Origin: a virus
Taxonomy: Duplodnaviria > Caudoviricetes
Length of the DNA: 37,078 nucleotides
IMG/VR virus record: IMGVR_UViG_3300009103_000082
Location: 1-37,078 of that record
Strand: one strand, 5' to 3'
A program made the translations under genes and the position numbers. A model generated the notes under the pieces. It worked only from the letters and a program-made list of their open reading frames with translations. It did no database searches and was not told the origin of the DNA. Of this stretch, positions 23,862-33,989 are shown piece after piece; within the stretch, counting starts at the first letter, position 1; the number at the start of each line of letters is the position of its first letter.

Positions 23862-24444
23862 GGGCAAGCCATATGTAATGGTAAATGAGCGCTTAGAGCA
23901 TATTCGCTCACAAGGGGAAGAGTATTACATTGATACGAGCATACAGTACATCAGCGAAGATCAGTCATTAGTGATTATGAAAGCCACACTGTCCGACAAG
24001 GAGGGCAATGTTCTTTCTTCAGGTCACGCTCAAGAGAGCCAGTCAGACGCATCCTCAAAGGTCAATTCCACTAGCCACATAGAGAACTGTGAAACATCTG
24101 CTATTGGTAGATGCTTGGGCATCTATGGCATAGGCATAGATGGCTCTATAGCAAGCGCAGAGGAGGTCACTGACGCGATTATTAACCAGAAGGCTAATGA
24201 AGGTATAGCTAACGTGCTGGCTTGCTCTGAGGCTGCTAGGAGGCTGTTTGATGATGTTGTTGCTATCAAGGCGGGACTAAATGAGGCTGATGATACGCAC
24301 AGTATCGGTGATGCGGCGAGAGCTTGGTTTAATTTAGAGGAGTCAGACCAGAGGGCTTTATGGTTAGCCCCAAGCAAGGGTGGAATACTCACCACAGAAG
24401 AAAAGAGGAAATTGCAGTCATCACAAGTTAGAGAATCTATCTGA
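23845..24444 (+). CDS. Single-strand annealing recombinase (Rad52/Sak-like)
   Basis: Start moved to ATG 23845 (AAGGAG RBS); IKGKPYVMVNERL..SGHAQE..IENCETSAIGRCL..SIASAEEV; directly upstream of ssb. Confidence 0.7.
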   Translation: MPVQIKGKPYVMVNERLEHIRSQGEEYYIDTSIQYISEDQSLVIMKATLSDKEGNVLSSGHAQESQSDASSKVNSTSHIENCETSAIGRCLGIYGIGIDGSIASAEEVTDAIINQKANEGIANVLACSEAARRLFDDVVAIKAGLNEADDTHSIGDAARAWFNLEESDQRALWLAPSKGGILTTEEKRKLQSSQVRESI

Positions 24445-24457
24445 GTAAGGAGAAACA

Positions 24458-24916
24458 ATGAAAGGCTTAAATAAAGTATTGCTTATAGGAAATCTGGGGG
24501 CTGATCCAGATATTAGATACACCCAAGACAACGCGCCAGTGGCAAACTTCACTGTAGCAACCAATGAATATAGCAGCAAGAAGGAGCAGATAACCGAATG
24601 GCATAAGTGCGTAGCGTTTGGTAGAGCTGGAGACAAGAACAATTTGGTCGAGAGATATATCAAACCTTATCTAAAGAAAGGCAACTCGGTTTACATTGAG
24701 GGCAGTCTCCAAACCACAAGTTACACAGACAGAGATGGAGTTAAGAAATATTCCACTCAAATAGTCGTGCGGGAGCTGCAAGGCTTATCCTCCTCAGCTC
24801 AGGGTGACTCTCAAGAAGCGCCGCCGAAACCCGCCGAAACCCGCCAAGAGCCGCCACAAGAAGCGGCCCAACAATTTAATCCAAGTGAGGACTTTGATGA
24901 TGACATACCCTTCTGA
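24458..24916 (+). CDS. ssb: Single-stranded DNA-binding protein
   Basis: LNKVLLIGNLGADP..TEWH..VYIEGSLQT; acidic tail DFDDDIPF. Confidence 0.97.
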   Translation: MKGLNKVLLIGNLGADPDIRYTQDNAPVANFTVATNEYSSKKEQITEWHKCVAFGRAGDKNNLVERYIKPYLKKGNSVYIEGSLQTTSYTDRDGVKKYSTQIVVRELQGLSSSAQGDSQEAPPKPAETRQEPPQEAAQQFNPSEDFDDDIPF

Positions 24917-25133
24917 CATACACCTGGGAAGGTGTATTAATATCGCGCATTCCATTAAGGACATTAAAAAAACTTTCATGGCTAAAGCCATAGGGGTTAC
25001 TGTTCAAAGGTACAGCAACATACTTAAAGACCCGAACCCAAGAATCCAGATTGCGCTTCAAGTATGCAATGTTTTGGGGATTAGTTTGGAGGAGCTGATT
25101 AGCTATGGTAACAAGCACGATAGTAACAAATGA
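24897..25133 (+). CDS. XRE/Cro-like HTH regulator
   Basis: Start moved to ATG 24897 (GAGGA RBS); MAKAIGVTVQRYSNI..NPRIQIALQVCNVLGISLEELI. Confidence 0.75.
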   Translation: MMTYPSDIHLGRCINIAHSIKDIKKTFMAKAIGVTVQRYSNILKDPNPRIQIALQVCNVLGISLEELISYGNKHDSNK

Positions 25134-25575
25134 AAAAGACCTAAAGACTTGCAGCGATTCAATCAGGAAAATTGTAAAAAAGTCAGGACATTGTTCGGTA
25201 GCTTTCTCCTCTCAAGGGATGAAGTGCGAAGAGTTTGTTTTGAGAGGGCTTCCCCAAAACGCCTTATTTCATATATGGATAAGGGATGCGGCAGAAGCAG
25301 CGTTTGAGCAAGAGCCTACAGAGGTAGAGCTGGAGGGGATGAAAAGATACGTCAAGCAAAAATGCTATACACAAACCAAGCAAAATTTTTTAGTTCAATC
25401 GCTTGCAAACCCAAAGACAAAAGAAACTAGGCTGGATTTAACCTCAAGCTCTAAGTGGCTAAAGGGAGAAATGACTTTTGTTTTGGATTGGATGCAAGCG
25501 TTCTTTGCGGAGCAGGGTCTAATCCTAGAGGCAAAAGGCGAATATATAGAGCTTGTGGAAGCCCAGAGCAAATGA
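25105..25575 (+). CDS. NinB/Orf-like recombination protein
   Basis: RGLPQNALFHIWI..SSSKWLKGEMTFVLDWMQAFFAEQGLIL. Confidence 0.7.
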   Translation: MVTSTIVTNEKDLKTCSDSIRKIVKKSGHCSVAFSSQGMKCEEFVLRGLPQNALFHIWIRDAAEAAFEQEPTEVELEGMKRYVKQKCYTQTKQNFLVQSLANPKTKETRLDLTSSSKWLKGEMTFVLDWMQAFFAEQGLILEAKGEYIELVEAQSK

Positions 25576-25703
25576 AGATCATTGTTGAGATTGAGGAAGA
25601 TGAAGCAGAAGAACTGAAGGATATGCTTAGAAAACTGGCAGAATTAGAGGAAGTCTTGGAAGAGTTACTAGAAAAGGTTTCAGAGGAAAAAGGAGAAGAA
25701 TGA
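25572..25703 (+). CDS. 43-aa acidic coiled-coil protein
   Basis: MKIIVEIEEDEAEELKDMLRKLAELEEVLEELLEKVSEEKGEE; ATGA overlaps at both ends. Confidence 0.65.
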   Translation: MKIIVEIEEDEAEELKDMLRKLAELEEVLEELLEKVSEEKGEE

Positions 25704-26005
25704 GCAAATACAAATCAACAGAACCTAGAGCTACACATACTTGTACTTGTTACGGGGGCTTGAAAGAGCAAGAGTATTATTATTGGGATCGCAACCGTCC
25801 TTTCGGTTATTTAGTAATGGATTTGGTAGGGGTCACAGGTGGATTGAAGCTAGATGAAGACTTTTATGATTTAGACGAAATGGAACAATACGATGTAATG
25901 CAAGATTGGGTGATTACCTTGGAGTCGGAGTTTGACAAAACAAAATTACGCTACAACAAAAGATTCAAGCGGAAAAAGGAAAAGAGCGCAGAATGCCCAG
26001 ATTAA
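25700..26005 (+). CDS. Hypothetical protein
   Basis: 101 aa; AGGAG RBS; coupled to neighbours. Confidence 0.6.
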   Translation: MSKYKSTEPRATHTCTCYGGLKEQEYYYWDRNRPFGYLVMDLVGVTGGLKLDEDFYDLDEMEQYDVMQDWVITLESEFDKTKLRYNKRFKRKKEKSAECPD

Positions 26006-26418
26006 AAGTAACCCCCGCAGACCTCTGGTTTTCCAAGTGCATTAGAGAAGCAGCAGCATGGAAGTGCCAGTGCTGCGGCAAGCAATACGAAGAGGGAACC
26101 CAAGGGCTACACTGCTCACACTATTTCGGAAGAAGGGCTAACGCCGTTAGGTACTGCCCTGACAACGCTTTCGCCCATTGTTTCGGTTGTCACCAGAGGC
26201 TAGGAGCTAACCCAGATGATTTCCGATCTTGGGTTGCTGAGAGGATAGGGGAAGGAATGATTGATGTTCTTAGGGAAAAGCGGAATGACATAGGGTTAGC
26301 CAAATCAATTAAAAAGAACCTGAAGGATGTAGCCAAGCATTACAAAGCTGAATACGAAAGACTTAAATCAAAAAGGCTTCAAGGAGAAATGGGAGAGCTT
26401 GAGGTTTTTGAGTATTAA
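25993..26418 (+). CDS. NinG/Rap-like HNH junction endonuclease
   Basis: ADLWFSKCIR..CQCCGK..HCSHYFGR..VRYCPDNAFAHCFGCH. Confidence 0.85.
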   Translation: MPRLKVTPADLWFSKCIREAAAWKCQCCGKQYEEGTQGLHCSHYFGRRANAVRYCPDNAFAHCFGCHQRLGANPDDFRSWVAERIGEGMIDVLREKRNDIGLAKSIKKNLKDVAKHYKAEYERLKSKRLQGEMGELEVFEY

Positions 26419-26500
26419 CAGCGAGAGGAGAGCTACCTTTCACGCCTAATGACCCTGCTAACTCTCTGAAATGTAACGTAGAAGCGCGTGTTTACCGGAA

Positions 26501-26686
26501 TTAACGCATCTTTTTAAGAGTCTTTGCTAACCTAGCCCTTTGAGCGGTCTTCTTGCTAACCCCTATTCCTTTAGCGGCTTTGTTTAACTTCTTGGCGGGT
26601 ATCTTCTCACCCTTCTTTACACCTAGAGTCTTTCTTAATGCTCCAGGTTTCTTGATTGCGCCTTTGATCCAGTTCTTTTTTGCCAT
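26501..26686 (-). CDS. 61-aa Lys-rich basic protein
   Basis: MAKKNWIKGAIKKPGALRKTLG..RARLAKTLKKMR; last gene of the late arm. Confidence 0.75.
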   Translation of the reverse strand: MAKKNWIKGAIKKPGALRKTLGVKKGEKIPAKKLNKAAKGIGVSKKTAQRARLAKTLKKMR

Positions 26687-29532
26687 TATTCTTCTCTCTT
26701 TTCTCTTTCTAAAAATTCTTCTGCCCCGCCACCAAAAAGGTTATACCACCACCGCCCAACAAGAGGGATGCTTCTAGCAGCCTTGGGACTTATTTCCTCT
26801 CCGGAAGCCACCGCTTCTGCGGCATTATATGTATCTCTTGTAAGAGTCTGAAGGGCATTAAGAGGCGGGGCAATCGCATCAGTGGCGAGGGAAAACAAAT
26901 CCCCACTTTCCAAACTTCTGTCTACTGCGTACCGAGAAGTCATTAAAGTGGCAAAAATGTAATTAATGAAATTATCGGGAACTCGGTCTATCTGAAACTC
27001 TCTGCCCTGCATCCAGTTCTTAGTTTCTTGAACGGTGGCATTACCAAGACCGACTATCAGCGCATAAGCCAACGCATTTTTACCCGCCTCATTGTAATTA
27101 CCTTTTTGTATTTGCTTTACTATAGTTTTATCAATTAGCTCTAGTTGTTTTAGGGCAAAAGATTTTAAAGAATAAAAGATTCTTCCGTTCGGTACTTGAA
27201 GGTATTTAAGAGGCGTATCTATAGGAGCTATGGGTTGTTGCCCAGAAAGTTCAGAAAACAAAAGAAGTTTAACATTTTCGCTAACTTTTCCTTCTCTTAG
27301 ATCATTAGCCAAACTCTCAAACTCATCTCCATAAAACTTTCCCCACTTCTTTTCTAACTTTTTCATCCCTTTTTTAGTTTTGGCCAAACCAGTATTGTAA
27401 TGCCAAGCTGATTGCATAGATGATGTTTTGCCAAATCTATCTACTGCCCTAAACCCAGACCATGTAAAGACCTTATCCAGCGCCTTTGTCATAGAGTTAA
27501 TATCTGAAAAGTCTTGAGAAATGTGTTTTTCTAAACCAAAATCTTTTAGGTTAGTAACCGTACTTCCTTTTATTGTATCTAAAACCCCCTTAAAAGCATT
27601 TCTGCCACCATACCTATACGCATTAATAAACAGATCGCCTAATTGAGTTGTGGCAGAAATAGGATTGCCAAGTAATATCATGTTAGAAAGAGCTTTTGCC
27701 CGCTGAACCCATTGGCTTGCGCTTTGTTCCCCAGGCCCGAATCTAGCTTCGAGTAGAGTTCTAATTTCTTCCGACCCAGCAGCATTTATTTCACCAGCAT
27801 CTATTTCTCTTGAAACAAGCGCCCCTATGCTTTTGTCGTAATCTATGTCATCTCCCAATGTCACTAAGTCTTTTCCAAAGAGTTTGTGTTTTTCAGTGTA
27901 ATTCACGACTTTGGTTATATATTTGTCTAACGCTTCTGAAGCTGTAGGTGCGTAACGCTTCATAAGATCATCGTCAACCTTAACTAAGCGAGCTTTTTGA
28001 AATCCAGCTTTTCCTTTAGGTATGTATTGAGGGCTATTGCTTAAAAAATGTGATGCAACATTAGCTCTTTCTCCTTCGGTTAATTCTTCAACAGACTTAT
28101 TCATCATATCTGCTTTTTGTTTTAGCTGTAGATCATAAAAAGATTTTTCTTCGACTAATCCTAAATCTTTTCTAACTCCAGCTACATCTTCTACAATGCC
28201 AGGAAAATGCTCTGCTCTATAAGGGGTAACTTTTTTTGTAATTTTATCTGAGTATTTTAAAATTTTGTCTAAAAGATTTTTTGTATTTGCTAAAGTCTCA
28301 TCTACAGTAGAATAGTAATTCTCATTTACTTGAAACCTATCTATTCCTTGATTCTTTGCGAGTTGTGCAGCACCAGGATAATCCTGAGAGAGAAGTCTTT
28401 TGTAAAACTCTGTTCTAATTTCTGGTCGGCCAAGTAGCCGATCTAATACCATAAAATCTTCAGCTTCTTTTAAGAATTTAGCTTTAGTACTGCGAATATC
28501 ATAGTCATATTTTCTAACCCTTTTATAAACAGGAACAGAAACTCTTTCTAATCTACTACCCACTGTTTCTATAAAGTCACTTATAAATCCTGGTTTTACA
28601 TAACCATCATTTGACTTTTTAAGCTCTAATATAGCTTTAGATATTTCTGGCTCTGGTATCTCAAGTTTTTGGGTAGAATTAGCAATTGCTTTTTCTATTT
28701 CTTTAGGTTTTATTTCTAGCCTTGATGCCGCAGCTAATAATAAATTTGTGTCTTCTAATCCTTCTGCTTGAAGCTCCATTATTTTGCTATTTACTCTATC
28801 AATTACACCATTAGCTTTTGCTTGCTCTGCGGGTTTTCTAGCCCCTTTAATCGCTGTTTTTAGTCGATTATATCCTGGCGCAATTGATCTAAAGGCTTTA
28901 TCTAATGTTGGTGCTAAAACTGCTCCCCCTGCTGTATACGCGCCCAGCATTAAAGGGTCTATTTTTCCTTCTTCCGCTAGTTGCCTAGCTCCTTCATAGC
29001 CCCCACCAATTAAACCACCAATCGCAGCCATAGCTCTTGGTGTTTGGCCTACTGGGGCTATAATTATGGGATCGGCTAATGAAGCAAGAAATACACCTAA
29101 CATACCTGATGCTCCGGTGCTTTCTGTTTCTGCAAGTCTGCTTAATACTGGATATTGTTCTCTTTCTTCTGCGGCTCTTGTTGCTTGTATCCGTTCTCTT
29201 CTTTCATTAACAGACAAATCCAGAAAATCATCACCATACAATTCTGTTGGTGAGGCATAGAATCCTTTTCCCGCAGTTCTGAAAAGGTCTATATTCCCCA
29301 TAGGGAGCAAAGACTCTAAAAGAATTCCAGCATTTCCTGCTAAAGTTTCAGTCCTGTCCCATTCATACTTAAACTTTTCTAGAGCTGAAAAATCATCCAT
29401 TTCTCTTTCTTTAGAATTAAAAGGAAGAGATTTGTTTTGAGCAAACGCAATAATTTCTTCGTTAGTTGCCCCGTCTGGATGCCTAACAACAATTATTTCA
29501 CCTGCTGGAGATTTAACTCTAGTTTCTGGCAT
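26686..29532 (-). CDS. Large internal virion / DNA ejection protein
   Basis: 948 aa, largely helical; last of three large ORFs after the nozzle gene, the usual position in podoviruses. Confidence 0.6.
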   Translation of the reverse strand: MPETRVKSPAGEIIVVRHPDGATNEEIIAFAQNKSLPFNSKEREMDDFSALEKFKYEWDRTETLAGNAGILLESLLPMGNIDLFRTAGKGFYASPTELYGDDFLDLSVNERRERIQATRAAEEREQYPVLSRLAETESTGASGMLGVFLASLADPIIIAPVGQTPRAMAAIGGLIGGGYEGARQLAEEGKIDPLMLGAYTAGGAVLAPTLDKAFRSIAPGYNRLKTAIKGARKPAEQAKANGVIDRVNSKIMELQAEGLEDTNLLLAAASRLEIKPKEIEKAIANSTQKLEIPEPEISKAILELKKSNDGYVKPGFISDFIETVGSRLERVSVPVYKRVRKYDYDIRSTKAKFLKEAEDFMVLDRLLGRPEIRTEFYKRLLSQDYPGAAQLAKNQGIDRFQVNENYYSTVDETLANTKNLLDKILKYSDKITKKVTPYRAEHFPGIVEDVAGVRKDLGLVEEKSFYDLQLKQKADMMNKSVEELTEGERANVASHFLSNSPQYIPKGKAGFQKARLVKVDDDLMKRYAPTASEALDKYITKVVNYTEKHKLFGKDLVTLGDDIDYDKSIGALVSREIDAGEINAAGSEEIRTLLEARFGPGEQSASQWVQRAKALSNMILLGNPISATTQLGDLFINAYRYGGRNAFKGVLDTIKGSTVTNLKDFGLEKHISQDFSDINSMTKALDKVFTWSGFRAVDRFGKTSSMQSAWHYNTGLAKTKKGMKKLEKKWGKFYGDEFESLANDLREGKVSENVKLLLFSELSGQQPIAPIDTPLKYLQVPNGRIFYSLKSFALKQLELIDKTIVKQIQKGNYNEAGKNALAYALIVGLGNATVQETKNWMQGREFQIDRVPDNFINYIFATLMTSRYAVDRSLESGDLFSLATDAIAPPLNALQTLTRDTYNAAEAVASGEEISPKAARSIPLVGRWWYNLFGGGAEEFLEREKREE

Positions 29533-29534
29533 AT

Positions 29535-30944
29535 CTAGTTTGCGGCCATAGCTGAGTTATTTAACATAGCGGAATAGTTAGAAATATAAGAATTAATTTG
29601 ATCTATACGATTATCTATTTCTGTTGTATCAGCGTTTGTAGCTTCTCTATTTCTTTTTATTGTTAATGCATTTTCTAATTCAACTTCTTTATTTTGAAGA
29701 TAACGATTTATTGCCTCATTTATAGGCTGATTTGCGCTTGTTAAATTATTTAAAACGATTTCAAAGCTATTATCTTTATTAAAGTTTTCTTGAGGATTAG
29801 GCTCATCTGGATTACTAACTTCAATTGGTGTAGGAACTACATCTGAATTAGCATCTTGGTTGTTTAAGTTTGCTTCTTCTTCGGTTACAATTTCCCACTC
29901 TCCCGAACCACCGTTTGAAGGAACTGAATAATCTCCTAAATTTATTATTCCTTGTGCTAGAGCCTGTTTCCCTTCAGGTGTTTTTACCTGTTCTTTTATA
30001 CGATTAATAATATCTAAAGGTGTAATTCCCTTATCTTTGTTTCTTTCTGCTGCATGATAAATCATATTGACTAAAGACATTTCGCTAGTAATAGGATCAA
30101 TCTCATCGAAAGGAAGCCAAGTGTCTTTTCCTTCAGCAATTAGTGTAAGTTCTTCATCTCCTTCTATCATGGCTCGAATATTTGACATCTGTGGGCCAGA
30201 GGGAAATGGGTCTATATTTTGATTAGCACGTTGAGGAGATGCTGCAAGGTCAAGAAATGGTGCTGTTGGATCATTTATATCAATAGCAACAATTCTATTT
30301 GAACCTGTAGTTGAATCAAATATTTCCTCAATTCTATAAGACTTTTCAGGCTCAGAAAAAATGTTTATAAGCGCAGTGGGCGTTAAATCTAATCCGGCAT
30401 CAAGTAATTCTTTTACAGGATGACCGTCAGCTAACCGATTACTAGCAGCATTTCTAATATTTTTTCGACGTTCTTCTTCTTGGGAACTAGCCTCACTAGC
30501 AGATCGTCTTGCGTCAATTTGGCCTTGTATATTTTCCTCTTGCAAGCGTCGATACTCTCTTTGTGCATCACGATCTATAATTCTTTGTTTTTCTTCTGCA
30601 AATATAGCCGCCGCTGATGCTCCCCTTATAGGGTCAATATTAGAAAGAAGCCTTACCATTTCAGCTTGATCTGCGGGATTCTCCACATTAAGCCCACGCA
30701 TTGCTCCTTGCAGTTGTTCTCCCTGCGTTTCCATAGGAAGCCCTGCTTGAACCCCAAACCTTCTAACAGCTTCTACATTTCTAGGGATATTAGAACTAAT
30801 ACCCATAGCTAATTCCCTGATACCTGTAGGTAATCCGGCAAATTGGGCAGCAGAGGCTTGACCTTCGGCTAAGAGCCTTTGTTGTCTTTGTTGTCTCGGA
30901 GATGGTTCCGTCACGCCTAATGTTTTTGCTATGTCAAAAAGCAT
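29535..30944 (-). CDS. Putative internal virion / ejection protein
   Basis: 469 aa; synteny and composition. Confidence 0.5.
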   Translation of the reverse strand: MLFDIAKTLGVTEPSPRQQRQQRLLAEGQASAAQFAGLPTGIRELAMGISSNIPRNVEAVRRFGVQAGLPMETQGEQLQGAMRGLNVENPADQAEMVRLLSNIDPIRGASAAAIFAEEKQRIIDRDAQREYRRLQEENIQGQIDARRSASEASSQEEERRKNIRNAASNRLADGHPVKELLDAGLDLTPTALINIFSEPEKSYRIEEIFDSTTGSNRIVAIDINDPTAPFLDLAASPQRANQNIDPFPSGPQMSNIRAMIEGDEELTLIAEGKDTWLPFDEIDPITSEMSLVNMIYHAAERNKDKGITPLDIINRIKEQVKTPEGKQALAQGIINLGDYSVPSNGGSGEWEIVTEEEANLNNQDANSDVVPTPIEVSNPDEPNPQENFNKDNSFEIVLNNLTSANQPINEAINRYLQNKEVELENALTIKRNREATNADTTEIDNRIDQINSYISNYSAMLNNSAMAAN

Positions 30945-30966
30945 AATTTATTCTCAAATGTCTGTG

Positions 30967-32232
30967 TTAAGTCCATGTTCTATAGTCATATGGATCATGG
31001 TTAGGATTATTTGGGTCATAACCAAAAGTGCTACCCCCAATCCTGTTAGTCTGATTAGCAGAAGCATCCCTAACAGCATTACCCGCTTCTCTGGCTACCA
31101 GCAAATCAAACAAGCCTTGTAAGGTTTGGTTCCTTAGATTTACAGCAGCACCCCTAGTGCCTAAGTCGTAATCAAGATAGCTCTGGCCTAAGTTCAATGC
31201 CTGACCGCCTAAGTCTCTTCTGGCAGCAGTAGAAATATTGGCTAGGTCTATTGAAGGCTGCATGGCTTGAATTAATGCAGTCTGTGGGGCATAGGATTGA
31301 GTAAGAAAACTACTCGCTATGTCTGCACCTAGCTGTTTTTCTAAGGCTTGCTGACCTAATGCACTTAGTCGTTGCTGGCTTTTCAGCTCTTGGTCAGTTC
31401 TTGCTTCGCCTATCGCCAAAGCCCTTTGGTTGGCAAGCGCTTGTGCATCTTGCCTAGCCATTTGCATAGCCATCATTGCGTCAGCGGCTTTCTGTTCTTC
31501 AATGGCTTTGCTTAAAGCAAACTGTTCAGGAGAACCGCCAAATTGAGCTGTCTGTAACCCCTGTCTTCCTCCGGCAACCAAAGCCGAATTCAACGCTGTT
31601 TGCGCCCTTTCTTCTTCAGGGGCTCTTATTGCCCTCATTCTGTCATACGCAGTCTGTTCAGCATCAGCTAGGCTTGCAGCAGAAAAAGGATCGGCATACT
31701 GCTTAAGATAATCGTCTTGTTTCAAATGCCGATATGTCCGACCTTGAGCATCCTTATCACCAACCTCAAGCAATCTCATTAAATTAGCTTGTTCAGAACG
31801 CATATCATCTGTGTATTGACCAGTAGCAGGATCAAATGTCCCATACTGACCTCTACCCAAAACAGCATCTATTAAACTGGAACCACCCGTTCTTAAAGAT
31901 TTAGCTAGGGCTTCTTGCTCTGGGCTTAATGAAAAAGCCGCCCCACCCTGTGCGTCTGTTTGTACAGACCCCATAGGAAGGCCAGTAACCCCAAAGGGTT
32001 TAAACGTAGTAGTTCCTGCTATTGTGTTATAAAGGTTTTGATCACCTGGAAAGCCTATAAATTCTTTGGCATCGGCTCCCATGCCCTCAAGTTTATTAAC
32101 TGCACTTTCAGTAGCCGCTAATTGACCAGCCGCACCAATTAATGTGCCGTAGTTATCAATAAAACCGCTTAAAGCTGGCGGAAGATTTAAAGTTTTAGCA
32201 GGGTTAAAAATGTTAACTCCATTAGCCATCAA
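30967..32232 (-). CDS. Putative DNA transfer (pilot) protein
   Basis: 421 aa, rich in A/Q/G; TFKPFGVT..LSPEQ..RAPEEERAQ motifs; synteny. Confidence 0.6.
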   Translation of the reverse strand: MMANGVNIFNPAKTLNLPPALSGFIDNYGTLIGAAGQLAATESAVNKLEGMGADAKEFIGFPGDQNLYNTIAGTTTFKPFGVTGLPMGSVQTDAQGGAAFSLSPEQEALAKSLRTGGSSLIDAVLGRGQYGTFDPATGQYTDDMRSEQANLMRLLEVGDKDAQGRTYRHLKQDDYLKQYADPFSAASLADAEQTAYDRMRAIRAPEEERAQTALNSALVAGGRQGLQTAQFGGSPEQFALSKAIEEQKAADAMMAMQMARQDAQALANQRALAIGEARTDQELKSQQRLSALGQQALEKQLGADIASSFLTQSYAPQTALIQAMQPSIDLANISTAARRDLGGQALNLGQSYLDYDLGTRGAAVNLRNQTLQGLFDLLVAREAGNAVRDASANQTNRIGGSTFGYDPNNPNHDPYDYRTWT

Positions 32233-32462
32233 TAAGTCCCTCCATCAATAGTCCCTACTGAAAACGTGCCGCTTACTGTCAAATCGGCAGTCGTTACTGT
32301 TCCAGTAAAAGTAGGAGAAGCCGTATCACCCTTGGAATTAACCGCAGTCTGTACCGCTGTAAATTCTGTAGTGAACTCTGAGCCTTTTATAACCTTATTG
32401 GCCGACCCAGACGGGAGTGAATCCTTAGCTCCGAAATTAGTTACTATCGTGTAATTGGACAC
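32229..32462 (-). CDS. Small tail protein
   Basis: 77 aa; KDSLPSG..KVIKGSEF..EF..ASPTFTGTVT. Confidence 0.6.
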   Translation of the reverse strand: MSNYTIVTNFGAKDSLPSGSANKVIKGSEFTTEFTAVQTAVNSKGDTASPTFTGTVTTADLTVSGTFSVGTIDGGTY

Positions 32463-33989
32463 TTAATTAATCCTCCCTATGAGGGAATGTATATTCAATT
32501 CTTGGAAAGCTATTTCATTTCCATCTACATTAGTTGTTAATCCTACAGAAACAAGGCTTCCACTGCCGCCTGTATTAATTTTTTCTGTATTAATAAGAGA
32601 GATAGATGAAGAATATTCAGCAGTCGTATTGTACTCGCTAATATTATACTGACCAGAGCTAAACCCAGCCAAAGTATAAACCTGAGATTGATAATTTCCC
32701 TCGTAATCATAAGCCCAGTTAAGGGTTACATCAGCATTAGCCCCGTTAAAGGTTGTTACATTAACCTTCTTTAAAAACTTCAACCTAGAAGAATCACCAA
32801 AACTTAAAGGGTGAGAGAAATATTGCAGGGAAAACTCTGTGGTATTGTCTGTATAACTTGTGTATTCCGCTATCCCAGTGGCAACCCCTAGATATAAAGC
32901 GTCTGCGTCAGTTACAACAAAACATAAAGGTTCCATTGAAGTCCAGGTGGTTGTTCTATAACTCCCGTCTTCCAAGGGATACTTGGTATCAAAGCAATAA
33001 ACTACCCCGACAGTCGGGAAATTAATCAAGAAAAACGCATTATTAGGGTCATAAATAGACTTAATATTGCCCGTTTCAGCCTGAACCCTAGACTTAATAT
33101 CATTGTTCACGTTCTTGGAAATATCGCCGATAGGAGCAGATTTTTCCTGAATGGTACGAGACAAAGAACGAACACCAGAGAAGTCTAGAAATAATATATC
33201 CTTACCTGTACTTTGAACCGCATCACGCCCGACACACCCAATATTATTAACTGTATCACTAAGAGACATATTGGCAGGATCGGTAGCCCCTGAATAAACA
33301 AGCATGGAACGCTTGCCCATAATGATTAAAAAGTTGTTGTGAGCAGCCAAGGCTGTAATTTCATCAAACCCATTAGGCCATACAGTAGTAACATCGAGAC
33401 TACCGCTTGACCCTCCAGACCAATCAAGACCATCCAAAGAATCTGTCCAATATAAGGTCTTTTTATTAGAAGCAATGTCAGCAACCCACAACCTTCCAAA
33501 TGCAGCGAGACAAATATGCGCCTGTTGAGGGGTTCCTGCGACACTCCCATGAGCAGCAATAGTGGTTAATGCGCTGCTTGAAGCATCATAAACTAAAGGG
33601 GCATGACCTCTTTGGAAAAAGTAAAACTTGTTTGCCAAACTAGCCATAGACCAATTATTAGCTGTGACTGTCAGGCTTCCGGTTATATCTGTGAGGGTAG
33701 AAGTGCCTGAAAATATCTTATTGTTCCCACAGGAAAATACAATTTTAGTGCCATCTTCCTGCACAAACTCTCCAATGGATTCAATTCCAGCAGAACTACC
33801 TAATACAGTAGCCCCGTTACTGGAAACCATTGTGTAGCCTTTTCGAGAAGCTATACGGCCTTCTTTGTCGATAATGCAATTATCCGCTATGGCCGCATAA
33901 CTAGGGTCTTGTAGCAAAGGAGCGTCCTGCGTATTTATTCCTCTAAACGCAGGAGCAGAAATTGTTATATTTTGTAGAGGCTGTGCCAT
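32463..33989 (-). CDS. Tail nozzle / tubular protein B (P22 gp10-like)
   Basis: 508 aa, beta-rich; FRGINTQD..IADNCIID..AAFGRLWV..IGCVGRDAVQ..GVRSL. Confidence 0.75.
   Translation of the reverse strand: MAQPLQNITISAPAFRGINTQDAPLLQDPSYAAIADNCIIDKEGRIASRKGYTMVSSNGATVLGSSAGIESIGEFVQEDGTKIVFSCGNNKIFSGTSTLTDITGSLTVTANNWSMASLANKFYFFQRGHAPLVYDASSSALTTIAAHGSVAGTPQQAHICLAAFGRLWVADIASNKKTLYWTDSLDGLDWSGGSSGSLDVTTVWPNGFDEITALAAHNNFLIIMGKRSMLVYSGATDPANMSLSDTVNNIGCVGRDAVQSTGKDILFLDFSGVRSLSRTIQEKSAPIGDISKNVNNDIKSRVQAETGNIKSIYDPNNAFFLINFPTVGVVYCFDTKYPLEDGSYRTTTWTSMEPLCFVVTDADALYLGVATGIAEYTSYTDNTTEFSLQYFSHPLSFGDSSRLKFLKKVNVTTFNGANADVTLNWAYDYEGNYQSQVYTLAGFSSGQYNISEYNTTAEYSSSISLINTEKINTGGSGSLVSVGLTTNVDGNEIAFQELNIHSLIGRIN

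Noticed and set aside
26455-26464. CTGCTAACTC complementary to the GGGTTAGCAG hairpin of the putative RNA
   Set aside because: Only 8 contiguous Watson-Crick pairs, which is expected by chance in a genome this size
29569-29596. Second XerD-arm-like sequence (ATTTAACATAG)
   Set aside because: It lies inside a coding region with no XerC-like arm at the right spacing
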